NCBI GenBank assembly: GCA_009914755.4
Contig: CP086569.2
Location: forward strand, 21,760,001-21,824,000
DNA length: 64,000 bases
Source of the DNA: the human T2T-CHM13v2.0 reference genome, Homo sapiens
Direction: 5' to 3'
A program made the position numbers and the translations under genes. Below are positions 1-14,958 of the stretch, piece after piece. Below the pieces are notes generated by a model. That model searched no databases. It worked only from the letters and a program-made list of their open reading frames with translations, and was not told the DNA's origin. Within the stretch, counting starts at the first letter, position 1; the number at the start of each line of letters is the position of its first letter.

Positions 1-185
1 ACCTCTTCCAGCCATCTCATATAAGCAGCCACATTTCTGCCACACATAGGGGTTTTCTCTCTGTTTGAATTCCCCCTCCTTATGCCTCTATACTGGGCCG
101 TTGTTTTCTTCTTCCTTCTTTCTTTCTTGCCTACTAAACATTTTGCTCCTTGAAACCACTACATGTATGTCCTTGTCATTTTATC
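1..185 (+). repeat. Unclassified interspersed-repeat fragment, LTR-like 3' end with an ATTAAA-type signal. It is homologous to 11495-11665.
   Basis: About 170 bp align to 11495-11665 (acctc..tcatataag.. / tgtttgaat.ccc.. / cttcttccttc..tttcttg.ctattaaac.ttt..ctccttaaaaccact.cat). The family is not recognised. Confidence 0.3.
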
Positions 186-696
186 CAAACTGGAATGAGA
201 TAAAGGGACCTTGTGTTCCTCCAGTGATTGGAGCTATATCATTTGGTTGCATGTTCTGGGAATCTGAAGTACAGCCTTCAACAGAGCAAAACATATGGGA
301 GTGAGGATAAAATATGTCCTATCATTCAGTAGTGCCTTTAGCGTCTATATTAAAATAAATCAAATCAATAAGCATCCATCAGCCTGGTACATACACTTAG
401 TATTGGCTGCTATGCTAAAGACTCAGATGTGAGGTTTGCTGAGGAGAAGGTGGAGAAACCTCCATTACCAATGGGTATTGGGAATGTTGACCATGTTTGA
501 GCTAGCTTCTTTTCATGGGGAGATCTTGCCATTGCAGGAGGCTGGGAAACGTTTTGAGGCAACTGAGAATTTCTGGCCAGGGAGCATTCTGGCATAATTC
601 GAGGCCTCTGGACTGGACAAACCCTTCAACAGCCCATTACTGGTGTTGGCAGAAAATCCTCAACCATTCTATTGCAAATATCTCCTTCCTTAGGAG

Positions 697-2992
<2,296 letters not shown>

Positions 2993-3240
2993 TGTGTCTG
3001 TATATATATATTATATATAATATATATAAAATTATACATATTATATAATATAAATTATATATATATTATATTATATTATAACATAATGTGTATTATATAT
3101 AATATAATTATATATAAATATATAATATATAATATAATATATAAATAATATACATTATAAAATATATATTTTATTTTATTTTTATATTGTGTAAATATAT
3201 ATTATATAAATACATATTATATTATATTTTATATATATAT
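2993..3240. repeat. (TA)n / AT-rich simple repeat.
   Basis: It is a visible run of tatata / ttatat units directly after the L1 3' end, in place of the L1 poly(A). Confidence 0.85.
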
Positions 3241-3454
3241 AACAGCCTCTTACTCTTTCTGTGTGTGAAATGTGCAAGTAGCTTTACAGTCTAGGGACAG
3301 TTTTCATCCCTTTGCAGCGAAGATCCTCACTACCACTTCTCTGGTGACCACATATTTTTAATCCAACACTGCCACTTATTGGAAATGGAATTCCCTTACA
3401 TGAGGCACACTTTTCAAAGTGACATAGCAGCTTCCTTTTACACTGTGAGGAATC

Positions 3455-3668
<214 letters not shown>

Positions 3669-6078
3669 TAGTCTTGCTGATAGACCAATAACAGGCTCTG
3701 AAATTGAGGAAATAATTATTAGCTTACCAACCAAAAAAAGTCCAGGACCAGATGGATTCACAGCCAAATTCTACCAGAGGTACAAGGAAGAGCTGGTACC
3801 GTTCCTTCTAAAATTATTGCAATCAATAGAAAAAAGAGGGAATCATCCTAACTCATTTTATGAGGCCAGCATCGTCTTGATACTAAAGCCTGGCAGAGAC
3901 ACAACAAAAAAAGAGAATTTTAGACCAACATCCTTGATGAAGATTGATGCAAAAATCCTCAATAAAATACTGGGAAACCAAATCCAGCAGCACATCAAAA
4001 AGCTTATCCACCATGATCAAGTGGGCTTCATCCCTGGGATTCAAGGCTGCTTCAACTTATGCAAATCAATAAATGTAATCCAGCATATAAACAGAACCAA
4101 AGACAGAAATCACTTGATTATCTCAAGAGATGCAGAAAAAGCCTTGACAAAATTCAACAACGTTTCATGCTAAAAATTCTCAATAAATTAGGTATTGATG
4201 GGATGTAAATCAAAATAATAAGAGCTATCTATGACAAACCCACAGCCAAAATCATCCTGCATGGGCAAAACCTGGAAGCATTCCTTTCGAAAACTGGCAC
4301 AAGACAGGGATGCCCTCTCTCACCACTCCTATTCAACATAGTGTTGAAAGTTCTGGCCAGGGCCATGAGGCAGGAGAAGGAAATAAAATGTATTCAATTA
4401 GGAAAAGAGGAAGTCAAATTATCCCTGTTTGCAGATGACATGATTGTATATCTAGAAAACCCCATTGTCTCAGTCCCAAATCTCCTTAAGCTGATAGGCA
4501 ACTTCAGCAAAGTCTCAGGATACAAAATCAATGTGGAAAAATCACAAACATTCCTATACACCAATAACAAACAGAGAGCCAAATCATGAGTGAACTCCCA
4601 TTCACAATTGCTTCAAAGAGAATAAAATACCTAAGAATCCAACTTACAGGGACATGAAGGACCTCTTCAAGGAGAACTACAAACCACTTCTCAGTGAAAT
4701 AAAAGAGGATACAAACAAACGGAAGAACATTCCATGCTCATGGGTAGGAAGAATCAATATCATGAAAATGGCCATAGTCCCCAAGGTAATTTATAGATTC
4801 AATGCCATCCCCATCAAGCTACCAATGATTTTATTCACAGAACTGGGAAAAACTACTTCAAAGTTCATATGGAACTAAAAAAGAGCCCGCATTACCAAGT
4901 CATTCCTGATCCAAAAGAACAAAGCCGGAGGCATCATGCTACCTGACTTCAAAGTACACTACGCAATACCATTCAGGACGTAGGTATGGACAAGGACTTC
5001 ATGTCTAAAACACCAAAAGCAATGGCAACAAAAGCCAAAATTGACAAATGGGATCTAATTAAACTAAAGAGCTTATGCACAGCAAAACAAACTACTACCA
5101 GAGTGAACAGGCAACCTACAGAATGGGAGAAAATTTTTGCAATCTACTCATCTGACAAAGGGCTAATATCCAGAATCTACAATGAACTCAAACAAATTTA
5201 CAAGAAAACAAACAACTCCATCAAATAATGGGCAAAGGACATGAACAGACACTTCTCAAAAGAAGACATTTATGCAGCCAAAAAACACATGAAAAAATGC
5301 TCATCATCACTGGCCATCAGAGAAATGCGAATCAAAACCACAATGAGATACCATCTCACACCAATTAGAATGGTAATCATTAAAAAGTCAGGAAACAACA
5401 GGTGCTGGAGAGGATGAAGAGAAATAGGAACACTTTTACACTGTTGGTGGGACTGTAAAATAGTTCACCCATTGTGGAAGTTGGTGTGGCAATTCCTCAG
5501 GGATGTAGAACTAGAAATACCATTTGCGCCAGCCATCCCGTTACTGGGTATATACCCAAAGGATTATAAATCATGCTGCTATAAAGACACATGCACACAT
5601 GTTTATTGCAGCACTACTGACAATAGCAAAGACTTGGAACCAACCCAAATGTTCAACAATGATAGACTGGACTAAGAAAATGTGGCACATATACACCATG
5701 GAATACTATACAGCCATAAAAAAGATAAGTTCATGTCCTTTGTAGGGACATGGATGAAGCTGGAAACCATCATTCTCAGCAAACTATTTCAAGGACAAAA
5801 AACCAAACATCACATGTTCCCACTCATAGATGGGAATTGAACAGTGAGAACACATGGATGCACGAAGGGGAACATCACACACTGGGGCCTGTTGTGGGGT
5901 GGGGGGTGGGGGGAGGAATAGCATTAGGAGATATACCTAATGTTAAATGAAGTGTTAATGGGTGTAGCACACCAGCGTGGCAAGTGTATACATAAGAAAC
6001 TATCCTGCACGTTGTGCACATGTACCCTAAACCTTAAAGTATAATTAAAAAAAAGAAAGAAAGAAAAAAAAGAAATCA
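3669..6078 (+). mobile_element. L1 (L1PA-like) ORF2 through 3' UTR and poly(A). It forms one insertion together with 3455-3668.
   Basis: It starts with ORF2 [21 protein letters not shown].. (ORF 3634-4173). The L1 3' end is ..cctaaaccttaaagtat, followed by an A-rich tail at 6045-6078. Confidence 0.85.
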
Positions 6079-6282
6079 GGCTCTAGGCCACTTTTCAGAA
6101 CAGGAAATTTCTACTTTTAACAGTTAAATGTAAAATGTCTTCCGTGACCAGATTTTCTTCCTGATATATCCCATCAGTAGGAAAATGGACATTTGGCTTC
6201 TAAATGCTTTTGAGACACCTATTCTAAGCAGTATTTAAGTAGTACAGGAATTTTTATTTTGTAAGTTAATCAGAACTATTTT

Positions 6283-6579
6283 TTTTGTTTTGTTTTTGAG
6301 ATGGAGTCTCACTCTTGTCACCCAGACTGGAGTGCAGTGGTGCGATGTTGGCTTACTGTAACTTCTGTCTCCTGGGTTCAAGTGATTCTCTTGCCTCAGC
6401 CTCCTGAGTAGCTAGGGTTACAGGGGCCAACCACCATGCCTGGTTAGTTTTTGTACTTTAGGTAGAGATGGGTTTCATCATGTTGGCCAGGCTGGTCTTG
6501 AACTCCTGACTTCAGTTGATCCAGCTACTTTGCCCTCCCAAAGTGCTGGAACTACAAGTGTGAGCCACTGGACCTGGCC
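6283..6579 (-). mobile_element. Alu SINE.
   Basis: Poly-T at 6283, then gagatggagtctcactc..gcctcagcctcctgagtagctag..ctcccaaagtgctgg..tgagccactggacctggcc. This is the reverse complement of the Alu consensus. Confidence 0.9.
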
Positions 6580-7223
6580 AATAACTACTTTTTTTAAGTG
6601 CAGTTCTAACCTGCCCAACAAAACAGGCAATAATAAACTACAGGTCTCCATCTTGTTTCACGTACTTCGGAAAGTGAACTGTAACCATGTGGCAACACCA
6701 TAGTCTCTGCCATTTTATAATGGTGGCTGTCTTCTTGTGCTAAGTCAGTTCCTTGGGGAGGGCCACAAAATCAGATAAGCCAGTTCATTAGTCTGGTGGT
6801 GTTACCTGATCCTTCACGGGCGGGGGTTTACAAGCTATCTTAAGTAATAATCTTGAGAGCAGTTTAGGGAGGGTTAAAATCTTGTAGCCTCCACCTGCAT
6901 GACTCATAAGGCATGGTTTCTAATCTTAAGGCTAGTTTCTTGGTCTGGTCCCCAGGCAAAATAAAAGTGTATCTTAAAAAGAGGCTGTTATCGTCTTTGT
7001 TGTAGTCTATAAATTGTAAACCAGGCTCCTTCCAAAGTTGCTGTAGCCTATGCTCAGAGGTGGAGAAGAATGGCTTGAGGGCTGCAAACAAGAGGGAATT
7101 GTTTGGGTTGGATGTGTTTCACTGTCTCAGTCACAATTTTTCAATGACAGTTTCAAAAGCTGCCTATAGCTTCTTTAAAAATACCTGTACCCCTTGTGAC
7201 TTTTGTGGTTAAGTCACAACCTA

Positions 7224-7275
7224 ATTAAGGCTTGTCAGTTTCATTAAGGCTTGTCAGTTTCATTAAGGCTTGTGA
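7224..7275. repeat. 19-bp tandem repeat, about 2.7 copies.
   Basis: attaaggcttgtcagtttc appears twice and is followed by a partial third unit. Confidence 0.6.
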
Positions 7276-10200
7276 GGTTACTTTTTGTAAAGTTCAAAAT
7301 CTGAAAATCTTTGTTGCTTGGCATGGGTAAAGTTGAGTAACAAGGGATTTAACAGAATTTTCTTAAAGAATACTCAGCTTAATTAAAAGTGAATATTCAA
7401 ATTATAGCTATATTTAAAAGACCTTTATATTTTTCTCTTGGATCTTGTTTTTCTGGAAAAAGTCTGTTTTCTTCTCAGTCAACTGAATTATTTTTTCCAT
7501 TTTTGTCTTACCAATGAATGCATACATGAGAGGTCACAAGATAACTTCTCGTAACATGGGACTCCTTGGGAAAAACAGACGGTGCCACAGACACTGTTTT
7601 TGGAAAAAAAAATCTCTGTTTTCCTCAGAAAACCTCCAAAATTAGAAGAAGATAATTCCTTCAAAAAAATCAAAGGCTCTATTAAGCTTTGTGTTATTTA
7701 CCATTTAGAGTCTTGGGGGTACCAAATTACTTCACATTATGAAAGACTGGGGTGTGTAATAACTAGGTAGAAAATATACTTAAGAGATGGCTAATAGTAG
7801 TTATAAATCAGAGAAGCATGCTCTTGGCTACCTGAAAGACATGAAAAATATTTCCCACTAAGAGATGAGACTCCCATGGGGAAAGGGCTAATTATAAAAT
7901 AAACTGAGTGACTTTGGGTTGCCTTGCAATGAAATGCATGGTAGAGGGACTACACTGTCTTCTCCCATAGTATCTCCCACCTTTTGGGGACCTGAGATCC
8001 AGTATAAAATGACACCTTAATTTTAGGAATCTGCCTTTGTCTTCAGCTGAGCCTGCTTATCATGCCCTAAAAATGCGTATTATTTAGTTCCTTCCTCCAA
8101 GGGCTCCACCCTAAAGCCAGCAATTCAATTAAGAAGTTGTAAAATGAAAATTCTTACAATTGTTGAATCTTGTGTCTGTTTCTGTTGCTATATGTATGTT
8201 TTGTGTAATGTGTATTACAAAAAGCTCTAATTTATTGGTTTAGGGGAAAACAAGGACTTAAATTAAATATTTTTTAGTTCCTGTGAATTTAAGATACAAA
8301 AATGTTCTTCAGGATTATTGGTAAAATGCAAGTGTTGTCAAAATGCAAATAGGTGGTCTAAATCATGCAACTTAGATACTAGGTTTTCTAAATGTTCCAA
8401 AGTTGTATACTGCGTGCTTTACAAATAGATAAGGCCTAAGACACATGGAGCTAGATGTTGTAAATTCAGACATTATTAGCAATTCTGCCTGGGTCCTTGG
8501 AGCCAGAACTGGTACATAATTAAAATAGCTTACTAATCAGGTTTTTCACCAAAAACAAAAGTTGCTAAAGGTTAACAGTGCAACATGTATTTGAGATTAT
8601 GAAACAGTTTTACATGCAAGACATATAAAAAAGTAAAATTTGTTTTTTAGTAAATGATTATAAGAAAGCATGGAAATATAAATTTTTCCCTATGATGAGG
8701 AATTATGTTAAACTTGATGAAATAGAAGTAGATGTTTAAGCAAGTTACAGAAAGATTGTAAAACTAATCTTGCAAAAAATGTGTAAACATTAACTAAACA
8801 CAAAAGAGTATTATATGGTCTTTTCATAAATTGACCACTGAAAGAAAAGCACAGCAAGGAGATCTTAAGACACAGAATTTTCATGGCATACTAAAGGCTA
8901 ATGGAAGATTTTTGCCTTTTGAGTCATCATTTTGGCAAAATAAGTAATTTATCACAATCTGGAATTTTATTTCATAACATCAAGTGTCTTAAACTTCTAA
9001 CACTTAACAGGTGTCCCAATATAAAACTTCAAATTTCAAAATTGTCCTTCCTGATGCCTGGAATTTTGGGTTCTTCAGAGGGCCCAAGAAACATTCAGAA
9101 AAGAGATAAACAGTATTATTTGACATGTTTAGTCACATGAAATTGCCAAACAATTTCTAATCTTTAAGTTATATCTTCTTGAATAATACCAATACATGTT
9201 CTAAAATCATATGGGATTGTAAAATTATAATGTCTAAAATGATAATGTCTAAGTATATGCTCTCAATTTTAATTAAGAGTAAAGGTATTGTAAATCACAG
9301 AGATATATAAACATATTTGTCAGTCATGCTTTTAACTGTAAGTTTCCTGAAAATTTTGTCATTCATAGACAATTGTTGTCTTCCTTTGTTCCATCTTAAA
9401 AGATGGTTTATAATCAAGCTATATTAAGGACTTCAAGAGGTGTTCTCAAATGAAAGTTTTTATTAGTTTTGAAGATTGTAACATTGGAATAGAGAAAAAA
9501 ACTACAGGACTCATGAAGAACTGACATGTTTACAAATATCAAGCAAAGCAAGAGTTAACTAAATGGACTTTTAGTTTTTAAATGACATTTGCTGGGAATA
9601 TTGCTGACCCTTGTTTTGTTTTTCAGAGTCAAGGAAATTTATTTTGAACTGTTTATGGCCTTTAATAATTGAATAAGGGATACTCCTGTGAACAAAATTT
9701 GAAGCATGTTTTTTTTTCTTTGCCTGATTCCTCTAGAATTTGGAATCTGTGAGTACTCTTAACCTATGGCAATATAGTTTTTTGCATCAGAGCAATTAGA
9801 ATCCGTTTTTCCTTTTTCAACAGGACACTAGTGGAAAAACGGGTTATTTTACCAAGGCTTTGACTGAAAGGCCATACTGCCTTTCAAGGAATCAAGCTTT
9901 ATATGCAGAGCCAATAAAAGCCACTTGGGGAGAGCTGGCCTCATACCTTGTCTACACAGTGCCCACTTACGGTTTCTAATCTGTGTCAGTAAAGAAAGTC
10001 ACTTTCTAACACGTCCAGAATCTCCAAGTTTATCTTGGGAATCTCAAGAGGAAAGAATCACCCAACTCAGGTATTTGGGGATACAAACCCATGGCTGGAC
10101 TTGGCTTTAAACGTCTTTTCTGAGATTCCTGTGGAACAGAGGTCCACCAAAGCCAATCCAAAGGCCTATGAAGAAATAACCATTCTTGCCTCACTTCATG

Positions 10201-11129
10201 CAAAAAATCAGGCCAAGTATAAGATATAAAGTTCATTCTGCAAACAACAAACATGGTCCTATCATAATTTGTTTTTACCAAAAATGAAAACTGGAGAGAG
10301 AAATTGTGCTCCAAAACTTATACATTTGCCATTGAATCCTAGTATCATTCATTGTTTTCAAGTATTTGCCTATATTTTAGACTCACTCTACTTATTCCTG
10401 CTAATCAAGTGGTGATCTCCTGCAGGTTGGAAGAAACAAAAAGGGTTGGGTAATGTAAAAATCTGGATCAATATGCTAGTTCTTGGCAATTATACTCCAA
10501 ATTCTTCCAGGTAATGAAAGTGAGTAGGGTGCCAATAACCTGGAGGTTTTTTTGTTTGGGAAAATAAAACCAAGGAACTTCACAGTCAACAGTGGGAAAT
10601 TCAGTATCTTGGCAAGTAAAATTGTAGATGGAAATTATCTCCTACATCAAACTTGTGAGAATTGCTGTACTCACTTTCCTGTTTGCAATAGGGTTACAGG
10701 CATTTAAAGATCAAATCAAAATTATTGAAAGGCTAAGGGAAAATGCAGCCTTCAGCCCCTGATGGCTACAATCTCTCTTTAATGAATTTCAGTCTCTTTA
10801 TGAGATTGTTTACCCATTTGTTAATCCATCTCTTGCTTATATGTCTTATATTACTATATGAACCTGTGTGCTCAATACTATAACTTGAAATTGAATTGTC
10901 TCCTATCAACTAGAAGCAATCAAACTCTATCTGGTGCTGCAAACTGAACCACGTATGGACACACCATTCTTCTGAAGGTCCTTAGATCAGCCTCAGGGGG
11001 GTCCTAGCTGCTGTTCTCCATTCAACACCTCTTTCCAGCAGAAAGTAGTCAGAAAAAGTCATCTTCCCAAATCCCCTAACAGCAGTTAGCGTGATATCTT
11101 CATGGGAAAAATGTTATAGAAGTTATTAA

Positions 11130-11665
11130 GAAATTATTTCAGGCAGAGATTGGGGAAAGAGGTCCTTGGGAAGTTTTTGATTCTTTTACAGCAGCTCCAG
11201 AAGCATTTCTTGTCTAGGAGGAAATCCCTGGCTCTTAGAGCTGGCTGGCAAGTTTTGATATGCAAATGTTGGCCATTAGAAACTGAGTCCACCCAAACAT
11301 GGTGATTCCTGCCATCTTCTTCTTGCCCTTGCCCCACATGTGCCTAGCAACATGGCACACCCCCGCATATCCCCACATGGGCAGAACATCATGGTGCCCT
11401 GCATTTGCATATTAAATTCTAGGGTGTGAAGGTCAATTTTTTTGCGGGCTTCATCAATAACAAGCCTGGTTAAACCAATATCCTGAGCCATATGCAAATC
11501 AGACACCACCTCCTTCACCCCTCTCATAGAAGAAGACACTTTTCTACCACAAATGGAGTTTTCTCTTTGTTTGAATCCCCATTCCTGTGTCCCTGTACAG
11601 GGCAGATGTTTTCTTCTTCCTTCCTTCTTTCTTGACTATTAAACTTTTCACTCCTTAAAACCACT
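11130..11665 (+). repeat. Unclassified LTR-like repeat, possibly MaLR-like. It is the same family as 1-185.
   Basis: Its 3' part is homologous to the window start. It ends with attaaac..cactgcata, which is typical of an LTR R/U5 end. The family assignment is uncertain. Confidence 0.3.
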
Positions 11666-11714
11666 GCATATGATGGGGTGATGGGTGCAGTAAACGCCAT
11701 GGCACATGTATACC
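11666..11714 (+). mobile_element. L1 3'-terminal fragment, truncated by the HERV LTR insertion.
   Basis: gatggggtgatgggtgcagtaaacgccatggcacatgtatacc matches the L1 3' UTR end (..aatgggtgcagcacaccaacatggcacatgtatac..). Confidence 0.4.
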
Positions 11715-12147
11715 TGTTAGCCCTCTGAGCAAAGCTAAGGCATCATATCTCCTGTGACCTGCATGTATACATCCAGATGGCCTGAATAAAGTGAAGAATC
11801 CCAGAAGAAGTGAAAATCGCTGGTTGCTGCCTTAACTGATGATATTCCACTATTGTGATTTGTTTCTGCCCCACTTCAACTGAGTGATTAACCTTGTGAA
11901 ATTCTTTCTCCTGGCTCAGAAGCTCCCCCATTGAGCACCTTGTGACCCCCGCCCCTTCCTGCAAGAGAAAAACCCCATTTGACTGTAATTTTCCATTACC
12001 CACCCAAATCCTACAAGACAGCCCCACCCCTGTCTCCCTTCACTGACTCTCTTTTCAAACTCAGCCCGCCTGCACCCAGGTGATTAAAAAGTTTTTTTGC
12101 TCACACAAAGCCTGTTTGGTGGTCTCTTCACATGGACGTGCATGACA
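11715..12147 (+). mobile_element. LTR7-like LTR, acting as the 5' LTR of a + oriented HERV-H/F element.
   Basis: It starts tgttagccctctgag..cctgtgacctgcatgtatacatccagatggcctgaa. It ends ..ctcacacaaagcctgtttggtggtctcttcacatggacgtgcatgaca. Both ends match the LTR7 consensus, and it is followed immediately by a PBS. Confidence 0.75.
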
Positions 12148-12149
12148 TT

Positions 12150-12167
12150 TGGTGCAGAAACCTGGGA
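12150..12167 (+). other. Primer-binding site, tRNA-Phe-like.
   Basis: tggtgcagaaacctggga has 2 mismatches to the Phe PBS TGGTGCCGAAACCCGGGA. The match to the HERV-H His PBS is much poorer. Confidence 0.5.
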
Positions 12168-12680
12168 CAGGAGGACTCCTTCAGGATACCAGTCCCCTGT
12201 CCTTGCCCTCATTCGCTGAGGAGATCCGCCTATGACCTTGAGTCCTCAGACAAACAAGCCCAAGGGACTTCTCACCAATTTCAAATCAGGTAAGTGGTCT
12301 TTTCATTCTCTTCTCCAGCCTCTCTCACTACCTTTCAATCTCACCCTCTCACTACCCTTCAATCTCTCTCTCCTTCCAACTCCAGTTCTTTTTCCCCTCT
12401 AGTAGAGACAAAGGAGACACATTTTACCCATGGATGCAAAACTTCGGCACCAGTCATGGTGTTTAATCACTGTGGGGATGCTGGCCTAATTATTCACCCA
12501 CATTTCATTGGTGTCTGATCACCAGGGGATGTCTACCTTGGTCATTCACTCACATTCCCTTGGTGGCAAGTCAATTGCAGGGACGCCTACTTTGTTTGCT
12601 CACCCACATTGCAGACCAAGGCTGCTCACCACCCCCTTCTCTTTGTCTCTAACTTTCTATTTAAACTTACCTCCTTCATT

Positions 12681-14300
12681 ATGGGAAATCTTCTGCCCTC
12701 CATTCACCCATCTTCTCCCTTGGCCTGTGCTCTTAGAAACCTAAAACCTCTTCAACTCACACCTGACCTAAAACCTAAAAGCCTTATTTTCTTCTTCAAC
12801 ACCACTTGGCCCCAATACAAACTTGATAATGACTGCAAATGGCCAGAAAATGGCACTTTCAATTTCTCCATCCTATAAGACCCAGATAATTTTTGTCAAA
12901 AAACGGGCAAATGGTCTGAGATGCCTTACATCCAGGCATTTTTTTTTTTTACACTTCATTCCCTTCCTAGTCTCTGTTCCCAGTGCAACTCATCCCAAAT
13001 CCTCTTTCTTTCCCTCCCACCTGTCCCTTCAGTCCCAACCCCAAGCATCACTGAGTCTTTTGGATCTTCCTTTTCTACGGACCTCTCTGACCTCTCCCCT
13101 CCTCCCCAGGCTGCTCCTCACCAGACCAAGCCAGGTCCCAACTCCTCCTCATCCTCTGCTCCTCCTCCCTGTAATCCTTCTATCCCCTCCCATCCTCAAA
13201 CCCTGTCTGACTTACAGTTTTGTTCCGTGACTCTCCCCCACCTGCCCAACCATTTCCTCTTAGAGGGTTGGCTGGAGCTGAAGGCATAGTCAGGGTACGT
13301 GTGCCTTTTTCTCCATCAGACCACTCTCAGATCAGTCAGTGTTTAGGCTCTTTCTCATCAGACACCACTAAATATATATAGGAATTCTGATATCTAACTC
13401 TGTCCTACAATTTATCCTGGAGTGACTTAAATGTCATCGTAACTTCTACTCTCTTGCCAGATGAATGGGAAATAGTTTTTTTCTCTGACCCAATCTCATG
13501 TTGACAGCTGCTGGCTCCATGAGCCAGACCTCTGGGAAGGCATTAGAGCAGTTCACTGAGAGGATCCCTAACGGAACTATCAGATTCCCCAGGTATAGCT
13601 AGGTGAGATTACATGATTTCCTGCCTAGTTGAAAGGCTTAAAATGGCAGCTTACAAAGCTGTTAATTATGACAAGCTTAAAGAAACTACCCAAGGTAAAG
13701 ACAAAAATCCAGCCCTGTTCATGGCCCACTTAACAGCAACCCTTAGATGCTTTACCACGCTAGACCCAGAGGGGCCAGAAGGCTGCCTTATTCTTAATAT
13801 GCATTTTATCACCCAATCTGCTCTTGACATTAGGAAAAACCTCTGAAAATTGGATCCTGACCCTAAAATCCAACAATAGAACTTAATTACCCACATCTTT
13901 AAGGTGTGCAATGATAGAGAAGAGGCAGCCAAGTGACAACACATCTCTGAGTTACAGCTGCTTGCTTCTGCTGTAAGACAACCCACAACCAGGTGTCCAG
14001 TGTAGAAAAAATTCAGAACATCCAAGCCACAGCTCCCAGGTACTCCTTCAAAACCTCCACATGGACATTGCTTCAAATGGGAAAAACCTGGCCACTGGGC
14101 CTTAGAATGCCCATAGCCCAGGATTCCTCCTAAGCTGTGCCCTGTCTGTGCAGGCCCCCACTGGAGTGTGGACTGTCTGACTCACATTGCTGATGCTTCT
14201 AAAGCTCCTGGAGCCTAAACCCAAAATTCCTTGGCTGACTCTATCCCAGATTCCCTCAGCTTAGCAGCTGAAGAATCACACTGCCCAATCACCTTGGAAG
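12681..14300 (+). pseudogene. gag: gag, degenerate.
   Basis: It starts MGNLLPSIHPSSPLACALRNLKPL.. (MGN start). A Pro/Ser-rich region follows. It is broken by stops and frameshifts. Confidence 0.5.
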
Positions 14301-14328
14301 CCCCCGGACCATCACGGATGCTGAGCTT

Positions 14329-14958
14329 TTGGTAACTCTTACGGTGGAGGGTAAATCCATCCCCTATTTAATCGATACAGGGGCTACCCACTCCACATTA
14401 CCTTCTTTTCAAGGGTCTGTTTCCCTTGACCCCATAACTGTTGTGGGTGTAGACAACCAAGCTTCAAAACCCCTTAAAACTCCCCAACTCTTGTGCAGAC
14501 TTAGACAGCATTCTTCTATGCACTCTTTTTTAGTTATCCCCACCTGCCCAGTTCCCTTATTAGGCCAAGACATTTTAACCAAATTATCTGCTTCCCTGAT
14601 TATTCCTGGACTACAGCCACATCTCATTGCTACCCTTCTAGCCAAACCAAAGCCTCCTTCGTGTCTTCCTCTTGTACCCCCCGACCTTAACCTACAAGTG
14701 TGGGACACCTCCACTCCCTCTCTGGCAACCAATCACAGGCCCATTACTATCCCATTAAAACCTAATCACCCTTACCCAGCTCAATGCCAGGATCCCATCA
14801 CACAACAGGTTCTTAGGGGATTGAAGGCTGTTGTCTCTTGCCTGCTACAGCATGGGCTTCTAAAACCTAAAAAGTCTCCTTGCAATTCTTCCATTTTCCC
14901 TATTCAAAAACTGGACAAGTCTTACAGGTTATTTCAGGATTTGTGCCTTATCATCTAA
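14329..14958 (+). pseudogene. pro: Retroviral aspartic protease ORF of 209 aa, uninterrupted.
   Basis: MVTLTVEGKSIPYLIDTGATHSTLP..; it contains the DTGA active-site motif. Confidence 0.7.

Noticed and set aside
2993-3240. The AT-rich repetitive block after the first L1, and the ~82-bp tandem repeats at 25278-25535, considered as a possible CRISPR-like array.
   Set aside because: The first is a (TA)n-type simple repeat with no constant direct repeat or unique spacers. The second consists of three diverged tandem copies of one unit, which is tandem duplication and not a repeat/spacer alternation. The window is primate DNA, with Alu, L1 and HERV throughout, so a CRISPR array is not expected.
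9925-10314. Short ORFs of 61-94 aa on both strands in the unique region, and similar ORFs at 22542-22914 and 23460-24052, considered as host exons.
   Set aside because: They overlap each other on opposite strands. They lack convincing splice-site context or conserved-domain-like peptides. Their size is expected by chance in AT-rich DNA. I cannot support any host exon call here.
14409-14732. A 107-aa ORF on the minus strand, antisense to the protease ORF.
   Set aside because: It is the antisense shadow of the intact protease ORF and has no recognisable domain.
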